Under the pieces are notes generated by a model, which worked only from the letters and a program-made list of their open reading frames with translations, did not search any database and was not told where the DNA came from. Position numbers and translations under genes: made by a program. Shown here piece after piece: positions 47,901-59,900 of a DNA stretch of 64,000 nucleotides (position 1 is its first letter; every line of letters begins with the position of its first letter). Source of the stretch: Flavobacteriales bacterium. Lineage in GTDB: Bacteria > Bacteroidota > Bacteroidia > Flavobacteriales > Flavobacteriaceae. The stretch lies in assembly GCA_038241955.1 (NCBI GenBank), contig JBBSSR010000008.1, forward strand, positions 55,655-119,654, in the 5' to 3' direction.

Positions 47901-50900
47901 GTGCTAGCACCCTTTTGAACGCTCACACCATTTTTGATGAAATCGTAAATAGTATACGTTCCTGAACCTCCTATTACTCCTGCAACTGTAATAGTAGCAA
48001 AATTAGCACCATTCGTTCCTGCAGTACATCCAAACTGAACTACTGTTGGAGCAGGAACTGTAATAATATCCGGTTCTGTAACAGCGAGTACAGCTGTTGC
48101 TGGACACCCTCTTCCTGAAACTACATCAACAGTATAGTTGCCTATAGAAGCTTTTAAACCAGTAAATAGATTAGAAGATTGTGGCCCTACAAGTACTGCA
48201 CCATTAACATCTGTTCCAGTTAAAGTATACATATACACTGGGTTATCATTAACACCAGCTGCTGGTGTAGCCATACTAGCTGTAATTGTACCATCGTTAC
48301 CTCCGTTACAAGTAACTGGCGTCATAGTTAAACCAAAACCAGTAACAATAGTAGCCGCACTCAAATTAAGCGTTACCGTATCGGTACAACCAGTATTGAT
48401 GTCAGTAACCAAAATAGTATGAACACCTGAAGCTAAACCAGGGAAAGTAGCAGTTGCACCAGCAACAGCAAGACCTCCATCTATTTGATAACTATAATTT
48501 CCAGAACCACCAGTTGCTGAAGCCGTAATGCTACCATTATTAATTGTACAACTTGGTAAAGCCGTAATATTAGTATCTAAAGCAATAGGCTGTAATATGG
48601 TAACAGCTGCAGGGAATGTAACTTCACAACCAAATTTATCTTTAACAATAAGGTCATAAGTACCAGGAGCATTTACGATAAATACCTTACTTGTTTGGAA
48701 ACCTGTTCCAATGCTGTAAGTATATGGTCCCATTCCTGTTGGACCATCTGTTACCGTAATAGTATACTCTCCAGTTGGAGTAGGACAATTTGTTGCAGCA
48801 GCAGTAAATCCTGCTGGCAACGGATCCATAGCAATTGTAACCAACAATGGTGCAGAAATACAACCATGAGCATCTTTAGCATAGAAATCCCATGTGTTAC
48901 TTATCGCTGGATCAAGTGAAGCTGAATCAGAAGTACTGAAAACAGCGCTACCCAAACCTGCGCCCGAAATAACATAAGCATACGTATAATCAGGAGTTCC
49001 GCCTCCACCAATAACTTGAACTAACGCATTGGTTTTACAGTTAGCATTTACATTCGATACTAAGGTAACTGTAGCTATAGTAGGTTGTCCTACAGTTACA
49101 CTTGCAGTTTCATCACATAATGTAGTATTATCAAATACTGTTATTTCATAAACTCCAAAACCTAAACCAGTTAATGGAATTGAAGCAAGCGTACTATTAG
49201 AAACAGTAGCAATAAACGGATTACCATCTTTAGTTACTGAATAATTATAATTTCCTGAGAATTTAGAAACATCAAAAGTAACTTTACCATCATCACCAGT
49301 ATTACATGTCATGTCTGCAATTAACTGACCTGAAACTTCAATATTGACAACAGCTTCTACTTTATATAATTCTTGGTAGGTACAACCATTGGCGTCTGTT
49401 ACTTGAAAAGTATAATCACCAGGGCTTAAACCTGCAAAAATATTAGAAAGTTGTTTAGCAATAATCAATACAGATGGAGCAATAGTTTCATATTGTAATG
49501 CCCCAACTCCATTTGTTGCAGTAAGTGTTACCGTTGCTGTTGGCACTGGACACGTTGGAGCAACTGTAAGAGCAAAATCTAAATCAGTAGGTTTGTTCAA
49601 CGGGTTTACAACAATATCTTGAGGTACCGTTGTACAACCATTAGCATCTTTTACAGAATACTTAATTGTTTGAATTGCTCCATTATCATTTACTGTAAAT
49701 GTATTTGATGTGTCATAAGTAACACCATTATCAAAACTATAGTAATAACCTGTACCCGTTCCTGTTGGCGTACCATCATGACCTACTACGGTAATAATCG
49801 TTTCAACACTACAAGTAGTATTAATTGAAGGGGTTGCAGTAGCAGTCAATTGAATAGGTTCAGTAATTGTTATATTTTGAGTAGCAGAAACACAACCTTT
49901 CCCATCAGTAACTTGTACTGTATAAACTCCTGCAGCTAAACCAGTGTAAATTCCAGAAGTATCTCCCGTTGTATTAGCAGCACCTGCAGTAATTTTATAA
50001 GTGTAAGGAACTAGTCCGTCAGCTGCAATAACAGTAAAACTACCGTCATTACCACCCGTACAACTTACGTTAATTTGAGAATAGGTAAACGTTGGAGTTA
50101 TCGGTGTCGTTACAATAACATCATTAGTATTAACCGAACAACTAGCTCCGTTGCTATCTGTAATAACAAAATGATATGTACCAGCCGCTGTTGCAGTTGC
50201 TGTGAAACTGTTTCCTACTACTGGAGTTAAAACTCCTACGGTAGCAGCACCCAAGTACATTTGGTATGAATAAGGAGCAACTCCATCTTGTATTTCTACT
50301 TCTATCGTAGCATCAATAGGCGCAGCACAATACAGATCTTTCGTCAACGTAGCCGTCGCTAGTAATTGTTTTTCAATTATAAAATCTACAAAAGCTTCAC
50401 AACCATGATCATCTTTAATACCTACTGTATAAGTACCAGCACCATTAAATGTTGCTATAGCACTTGCAATAGGGAAACCATTTACAGTGTACGATTTAAC
50501 GCCATTATAAGTAGTGGTTACAATACTTAAATCTGTCGTCAAAGGAGCTCCTGTAAAACATTGCCCTACTGGAATCGTAATCGTTGGTGCTGCATCTCTT
50601 ATCACTGTTGTAATAACTTTTGCAGAAACGCAACCATTAGCATCTTGTACATATACATCCCAAACCAAATCAGTCAAATTAGTTTCTACTGAAATTACTG
50701 GATTAGTATCAAATACAGTTGGTGCAGGATCTCCAGCTTTTACAGCTGCATAGGTATAAATTCCTGTGCCTCCACTTACTCCACTTACAGTAATTTGCGA
50801 GACGGTTTGTGTACAGAACACATTTGATGGTGTTGCTGTGAAAGTAATTGCAACAGGCTCAATTAGTATAACAGAACTTGCATTTTGACATCCTGTTGTA

Positions 50901-53900
50901 AGATCGGTAACTGTAACTGTATACTTTCCTGCAGAAAGACCAGTTAAGGTTATAACATCTCCTGTTACTGCTTGTACAAAAGGTAGTGCTGCTGGAACAC
51001 TTGTTACTACAATACTATAATTACCAGTAGCACTAAATCCTGTAACAGTATATTCAGCTGAACCATTACCATTGTTACCGTTTGAACCATTACAAGAAAT
51101 GTTTGTATCAATGGCTCCTAGTACAACAATAGGTGTAACATCATTTACTTTGTACGTTTCTTTATAGGTACAACCGTTATCATCCGTAACTTGGAAAACA
51201 TACTCTCCAGGAGCTAACCCAGGGAAAATACCAGTTGCGTTTGAAGTACCTGACGTAATATTTTGATATGTGTATGGACCAACACCATTTACTATGTTAG
51301 TAATAGTAACGGTACTAGTTGTATTTGCAATTGGTGCACAATACACTGGAGTACCAGCAATGTCCATCTCTGTAGGAGGATTCAATGTATTAACTGTTTT
51401 TGAATCACTCGCTACACATTTATTTGCATCACGTACATAACCTGTAACTAGTCCTGGAGTATACGTTTCATACGTGTTTAATGTAGAATAATTAATTCCA
51501 TCAAAACTATATTCGTACGCACCTGAACCGCCGCTTCCTGTAACAGTCACAATTGCCTTTTGAGCATTATTTCCTGTATCACAAGTTAATTTAGTGGTAA
51601 TTGTAGCCGTAGCAACTATTGGAGTAGCCGGAGCAACAACCACAGTAGCATCATCTGTAGAACAACCTCTTCCTGAAGTTACCCTTACGGTATAAGTACC
51701 AGCAAGTAAACCATTGAAAATATTTGATGACTGAGCTACAGCCAATTGAGGGCCAGCTATAATTGCATAGGTGTAAGTAGGATTATCGTTACTAGCACCT
51801 AGAATAACTGTAATACTACCATTGGCATCACCCACACATAAAGCAGGTTTTGTAGTAGTACTGAAGACTACTGGAGTTGGTTTGATTAATGTAACAACCG
51901 CAGTAGTACTGCAATTAATAGGAGTAGCAGTATCCGTCATTGTTACAGTATACGTTCCTGCTGGTAATTTAGAAATAATACCAGTAGTATTATCTATAGC
52001 AACACCTACTGGCATTGGAGAAATAGTATAGCTATAAGTTCCTGTACCACCAGTACCTGACATAGTAATTACACCATCATCATCATCACATGTTGGCAAT
52101 GCTGTAATTGCTGGTGTTGCTACTAAAGGTTTAGCGATAGTTATCGTTGCTGTTATTGGACAACCATTTGCATCCATAACTGTCACCGACTGTAAACCTG
52201 AATTCAATCCAGAAACTACATAAGGGAAAGCAGCTACATTTTGAGCAGCGCTTCCGTTAACCACTATAGTGTATGGCGCAATTCCTGGTGTAGTCAAAGC
52301 AACATTTAGTTCAAATGCACCTTCTACAACACAATTATCAGTAACGGTTAGGTCAATTAATGGTGTAGGATCTTTAACTAAAGTAACCATTGCACTTGGT
52401 TGAATACAACCATAGGCATCTTTGGCATGAACATAATATGTTCCTGCGTCTTTAGTAAATGTACTTGTCGCAGCCCACAAAGGATCTGTCGCCAATGGCG
52501 CAGTTGCAGAAGTGGTAACCATATATAAATAAGGTGCCGTTCCGTCTTTCGCTAACGCATTTATTATTCCTAACTTATTACAATTTTCATTTTTAATAAC
52601 AGAAGCTGTTAAGCTAAGAGCAACAGCGGATTCTTTAATCTCAAAAATTGCTGATGCCGATTTACATCCATTGAATGCACCAGTGCCATTCTCAGTAAAT
52701 TGAATATAATACTGCCCAGGGAATAAACTACCAGGACTTGGAATTGTAGTTCCATATGGCCCAGCAACAGTAACATCAATATTACCAATTCCTCCTACAG
52801 CAACATTAGTAAAAGCAGTAAATAATTGATAGTCAACACTAGTTGTTGAACCGTCAAATCCACTAATTACAAACGTAACGCTACCATCATGTGCATTTTT
52901 ACAAGTAACATTATTAGGTGTAGGGGTAGAAACCATTGATGATGCGGGAGCGATAGGCTGATCAGCACCTTTAACAAAATAACAATCTGTTGTAAGATCA
53001 TGTACTACAAAAGTATAAGTAACTCCAGGAACAAGGTTTGTAAAAGTTCTAGTATCTCCACCAGCAACGTCAGGAGTAAACCAAGTAGTGGTATAAGGAG
53101 CAGTGTTAAATTCTAAAATACCAAATGCATAATTACCGCTACCTACTAGAGAAATTGCTTTAACAATTGCAGTTCCACCACTCGTACAATCTGATGTTAT
53201 TGTAGTAACATCAATAGTTAAATCCGAAGGTGGAGACGCCATTGTTATAGATTTAGAAAAACTACATCCATTTGCATCTATTGCATTTACAGTATAGACT
53301 CCATAATTAATAATAGTAAAAGTGTGATCTTCACGACCAGTAGTGACAGCACTATATGGATTACCAGCAATTACATCTCCAAAATTATTAGTTATAAAAT
53401 ACCTGAATGGATTTGCAATTGATGCAGTACCTCCTAAAACATTAGATATTGTAATTGAACCCAATGTAGATCCTAAAAGAGCATCACAAGTGATATCAAT
53501 ATTTGTTAAGTCAAAAGTAATAGCATCTGGTTGAGTTATAGTTATACTAGCAGGCACAGTGTTTACACACCCTTTAGTATCTCTAACTGTAACATTATAC
53601 AATCCTGCAGTAAGACCTGTAAAAATATTTGATACTTGGTATGCACCACCATTAATACTATACTCAAAAGGACCAACTCCTTGAGTTGCATCAATAGTAA
53701 CTGTAATAATTCCAGTATTGTCACCATTACATTTGATCTTTTGTGTTTCTGCTACTAAAGTAACTAGAGGATACACAATTGGTTTTACAGTTATTACATT
53801 AGACACTTTAGTACAAGCTGGTACATTAGAATCCGTAATTTGAAATTGATACGTATTTGCCGTTGTTGCGGTATAATTAAATGTAGTACCAGCAAAAGGT

Positions 53901-56900
53901 ACAAGAGCACCATAAGAACCCGCTCCAATTTTTACTTGATAAGAAAATGGTCCAAGACCACCAAGAACTGTAACAGCAATAGTTCCGTCTGGAGTAGCTG
54001 TACAATCTAAATCTTTTGTCAAAATAGCAGTAGCACTCAATACTTCATTAACTGTAACGGTAGATGTTCCTATACAACCGTTAGCATCGGTAACTGTAAC
54101 CGTATAGGTTCCTGGAGCAACCGTAAAGGTGTTTGCTGGACTAGGAGCAACACCTGTATTTATGTTATAAATATAAGGAGCAACACCGCCAGCACCAACA
54201 GCTACAACCTGGAAAGTACTTCCCGAAGCAGTACATTGACCGACTACCGAAGTAGTAACAGTAGGTGTTGGATCTAACACAACAGTAACATCTATAGGCG
54301 CAGCAGTAGTACATCCATTAGCATCTTGTACCCAAACATCCCATTGTGTATTAACCGTTGGATCTAAATTGGCAATATTCGAAATAACATAATCAGATGC
54401 AACTGGTGGAACACCATTTTGCACAAAAGCATATTTATAATTTGGTGTACCTCCTGTTGCAGTAATAGTGACTACCGCATAAGGCGTTTTACAATTTGCA
54501 TTGACATTACTTAGCAAACTAGCAGATAAAACCGCAGTTGGCTGGGTAATAGTTATTGATGTAGTCGCTGTACAAAGCGTAGTTTCATCAGTAAAAACTA
54601 CTGAGTAAATGCCTTGAGCTAAGTTAGGTAGTATAAAGGTCGTTGCTGTTTGACCTGTAACTGCAGCAGCAGCATTTACTTTATAACTATAAGTTGTCGC
54701 AAAACCACTAACGTTATAACTAATTGAACCTGTTGCATCGCCAAAACATTTTACGTCTGCTAACTTAGTTGCTGTTGCTACAATTGGTGCAACTGGAGCA
54801 ATTTTTTTGGCTTCTTGTTTAGAGCAACCATTTGCATCGGTTACTTGGAAAATATAATCCCCAGGCAATAAACCTGTAAATGTTCCAGAAGTAACACCAG
54901 TTGTATTGATTGTTGTTCCTGAAACAATGATGTAGCTAAATGGTGCCAATCCATTAACAGTCGTAAGCGTAATGTTTGTTGTTGTTGCATTACACGTAAT
55001 TGGAGTAAGACCTGAGAAGGTAATTCCAGTTGGAGGATTTAATTTTTTAACTATGATATTTTGAGAAACGGTAAGACAACCATTAGCATCTTTTACTTGG
55101 TATGCTACAGTTTGATCTGAAGTTCCATTGTCATTTACTACATACGTATTGGTAGTCGTAAACGCACCTCCATTAAAACTAAACGTATATCCTGGCGTTC
55201 CATTTGAAGCAGTTACTGTTACAGTAGTTGCTGTACTACAAGTTGTAGTAGCAGGAGCAGCTGCCGTAGCTGATAATGCAATCAATGGCTCAGAAATAGT
55301 AATTGGAGTAGATGCTGACGTACAACCTAGATCATCTTTGATCATTATGTTGTAAGTACCCGCAATTAAATTAGCAAATACATTTGAAGTTACATAAGCT
55401 CCACCATTTATACTATATGTAAAAGGTGCTTTTCCAGAAGTAGCGGTAACCGTAATGCTTCCTGTACTGTCTCCTTTACATTTTACATCGACTTTAGTAG
55501 TTGTTAGCGTTAAAACAGTCGCTTTAGTAATAACAATAATATCTGTAGAAACTGCTTGACAAGCTGGTGTAGCAGAATCAGTAACTCTAAAAGTATACGT
55601 TCCTGCTATTGCAGTTACGTAAGGACTTGTAGTTGGCGAATAAGCGCCTCCGTTGAATGAAACTGCATATGTATACGCACCTGTTCCTCCAGTAGCAGCG
55701 AAGTTAATAGTAGTATCTGCAGTACAAGTAACATCTACTACTGGTGTAGCTGTGATTGTTAATTGCGGTGCGATTACATAAGGAATAGAAGCAATACAAC
55801 CAAAACCATCTTTGATTGTTAGCGTATAACTTCCTGGTGATAAAGTAAAAGTCGGGCTTGATTGAAAGTTTATACCATCTTTACTGTAGGTAGTAGTTCC
55901 TGTAGCAGTACCTGTGATAGTAACTGTGATAGGAGTTCCTGCATAACAAGCTGGCGTTTGTGGATCAATCGTTGGCACCGCTTCTAAACCAATAACGATA
56001 CTTCTCTTCTCAATACAACCATTAATGTCTTTTACATATACATCAATAGTATTGGTTAGAATTGCTGTATCAACAGTTGTCAAACTTCCATAAGCAGTAT
56101 TTGGTACCGCAGAAGGACTTTTTGCGTAAGCATAAGTATAACCTGGTGTTCCTCCAGATAAAGTTGGGAAACTAATGGTTGAAATTTTATTATTACAACT
56201 AATTTTACTTGCATCTAATGTAAAAGCGATCTGAGTTGGTGCAATTACTGTTACCGAAGCTGTATTAGAAATACAACCCGTTGTTATATCTGTAACTGTA
56301 AGTGTATAAGTGTTAGCCGGTAATCCTGTTACGGTTACCACATTTCCTGTTTTAGTTATTGTTCCTACATTTGGACTTAAAGTATAATTATAATTACCTA
56401 AACTACTTGCTCCAGTAACTGTAAAGGTTGCTGTTCCGTCTGTAGTTCCAAAACATTTTATATCTGTTTTTGCTCCAGCTACTGCAATTGTAGGTGCCGC
56501 AGCAATAGTTTTAGAAGCTTGTTTGGTACAACCGTTAGCGTCTTTTACTTCAAATACATAATTACCTGGGGTCAAGCCAGTAAAGGTACCCGTTACCGAA
56601 GAACCTACTGTAGGACCAGAAATTATAACGTAGGTAAACGGTGCAACTCCACCAACTGGAGTCAATGTAATACTTGTAGACGTAGCGGTACACGTAATCG
56701 CAGCCGGTACTGAAAATGTAATATCAGTTGGAGGATTGTATGCAGGGATGATAATTGTTTTAGTATCAATACAACCTTTAGCATCTTTTACTGAATAGGT
56801 GATAGTTTGAGCTGCAGTTGTATTAGTAACTGATAATGTATTAGTAGAAGTATAAGTGGCACTTCCGTTAAAGCTATACGTATAAGTTCCTGAGCCACCA

Positions 56901-59900
56901 GTTCCGGCAGAAGTTATAACTGTAGTAGTACTACAAGTTGTATTTGGTACGATTGAAGCCGAAGCGACAACTAGAGTTGGATTATTTAAAGTAATAGTAT
57001 AAACTGGTGAAAGACACCCTTTACTATCTTTTACTTGATAGGTGTAATCCTTAGTGTTTACAGCTCCTACAAAAGCATTTAAACCTGTATTAATAGCAGG
57101 TGCGGTAAATGGCCCTCCATTAAAACTATAAGTAAATCCTCCTGAACCACCTGCACCAGTTATTGTTATTTGACCATCTGTACCATTATTACAGCTTGGA
57201 TTAGTAGCAACTGCAGAAGCGGTTGGATTCGTTATTGGATCGATAGTGGCGGTTGTAGTTGTAGTACAACCTTTGGCATCCGTAATTTGAAATTTATACG
57301 TACTTGCAACTGCTGTTGTATAGGTAAAAGTAGTTGTCGTAGGGTATGAAATTGTTCCTGGTCCAGTTCCCGAAAGTACAGTTACAGTAAAAGGAGCTTT
57401 TCCTCCTGTCATTGTACCAGTTATAATTGCTGCTGATGAAGCAGAACAGTCTAATGCTTTTGTTGCATTCGTAACCGCTTTAAGTTCTGGAGCGATCTCA
57501 ATATTAGCAATAGTAGAAGTACAATTATTGCTATCCGTAACTAAAATAGAATGTGTCCCTGGAAGAACATTAGTAAAAGTGTTCGAAGTTTGCCCTGCTT
57601 GTCCGTCTAGGCTATAAGAAAATGGAGCAGTTCCTCCTGTTACATTCACTACAAAAGTAACTTTATTTACAGTATCATAACATAAATCGGAACTAGCGTC
57701 CAAAGCAGCTGTTAACGTTGGTGGAGCCGTAACAATTACAGATACACCCGCAGTTGTAGCCACACATAAATTGGCATCTCGTATAAATACAGTATAAGTA
57801 GCAGAAGTTAGATTTGTAAATACTGCATTCGTACTGAATGGTTTGATTACAGTAACTCCATCAGCAGCACGTAGTTCATATTGATAAGCAGGTGTTCCTC
57901 CTCCGCCTACAGCAGTAATTGAAGCTCCTGTAGTACAAGTAGCTGTTTTAGTTACACTTGCAGTAAGTGTAACAGCTGCTGGTGTTTTAATGGTTTGCGG
58001 TAAGGTAAACAAACATGGACTTGCCGTTAAATCATATTGTACACGTACACTATGAGAACCTGCAGCTAAATTTTGAATAACTAAAGGAGAAGTTGCTTGT
58101 AATTGAAAAGCAGCTCCATCCAAAGAATAATAAAAACCAACTGGTGCAAAATTTTGAGCAACAATTGTTATTTCACCATTATTAGCTCCTGCACAGGTTA
58201 TATCTTTAAAACCAGTAACCGAAGCAGTGAATGCTTTATTACTATCAACAGTAATAGGAAAATCTTTTTGCGTGATACACGATTTTGGTAATTGGTATAC
58301 TTTAATATCGTCAATAAGGGCATCGTTTCCGTCATATCTAACGCTACCTGAACGGATTTTAAAAGTTAGACTTGTATTATTTCCAGGATTTAATGATAAG
58401 GATTTTAAATTCCAAATTTGATTATTTGGTATAGCACCAGTAGCCTGTGAAGCCACCACTACTCCTCCGGGAGTAACCAATTCTATTATGAAATCTGGTA
58501 TCGCTGCAGTAAATGAAGAAAGTATTAAGTTAGCAACGTATAAGTCAACTTTTACATCTTGATTTGGAATTACATCAACAATAGGTTTGCTGTATAAAAC
58601 GCCATAGGGTCCAGCTGCAGATCCTATATTAACCGCTAAAAAACGACCATTTGCAACGGTGCCGTTTGAAGTATGGTCTTTAAAAGGATACCAAGCAGGA
58701 TTGTTTGGAACCAAACCTCTTGTAACTACATATTGATTATCTTCAAGTGTTAATTGTTTATTAGGACAAGTAGATGGAACGATATCTAAATTGTGGAAAC
58801 AATATGCCGCGGCTATTCCAGAAGTAGTAGTGTTTGCTCCTACACCAAAATCCTCATTCAATAAATTACTATAGGTAGGAACCGACACTAATTTATACTT
58901 CACACTTACAGTATGATTTCCAGTAGGAACATTTGTAAAAACGTTTGAAGGTACATTAGTATTAAGTAATCCATCTAAGTAGTATTCATAACTATAATTT
59001 GCATTTGCAGGATTAGTAACGGTAACCGTAGTTGTAGCACTTCCGTTACAACTAAAAGTTGGAGGATCTACTGCGATTGTAGGATCTGTAGGTTTAGGGT
59101 CTAAAATAATGCCTGGCATAGTAAAAGTACACCCTTTAGCATCCCTAATTACCAAAGTATAGGTCCCTGGCATTACGTACTTTTCTTTTGAAGTCTGCCA
59201 AGTTGCTCCACCATCAAAACTATATTCATAATAATTTGGAGCAGGAAAAGGAGTTCCTCCTTGCGCATTGGTTATACGAAGAAGTCCTTCTCCGCCAGCA
59301 CCACAACCAGCTAATTCTCCAACTCCTCCAGAAGCTGTTATAGCTGATGCTGGTCCTGCAAAATTAATTACAGTCTCATTGCTCGTACAAACCGCTCCAC
59401 TAAGAGTATATTTTAAAACAGGAGTATAGGTACCAGCTGGTAAATTTGAAAAAGTACTACCACTTTGAAAACTTACTCCATTGTTAATACTATAACTTAA
59501 AGTATATCCATTTGCATTAGTGACATTAAATTTAATTTCGCCACCATTAACTCCATAACAATCATTATTATTAAGCGAAGTAACGGTATAAACTGGTTTT
59601 AAATTTTTTGCAACAACTATTGAAGTAGTTACTTCACAATTGTTACTATCAACAACTCTAATCGAATATGTTCCTGCAGTTGTAACTGGAATAATACCTG
59701 TCGATTGAAAAGTAGCCGATCCATTAACAAAATAAAAATAAGGCGCAGTCCCTCCTTTTGGCACTACCTTTATTTCTCCATCTGAACAGTCCGTTAAAGG
59801 CTTACTTAAAGTAGTAGTAGCGGACAATACTGCAGGCTGCGTAATTACTACATCTTTAGAAATACTACAACCATCGGCTGTAGTAACCTTAACCGTATAG

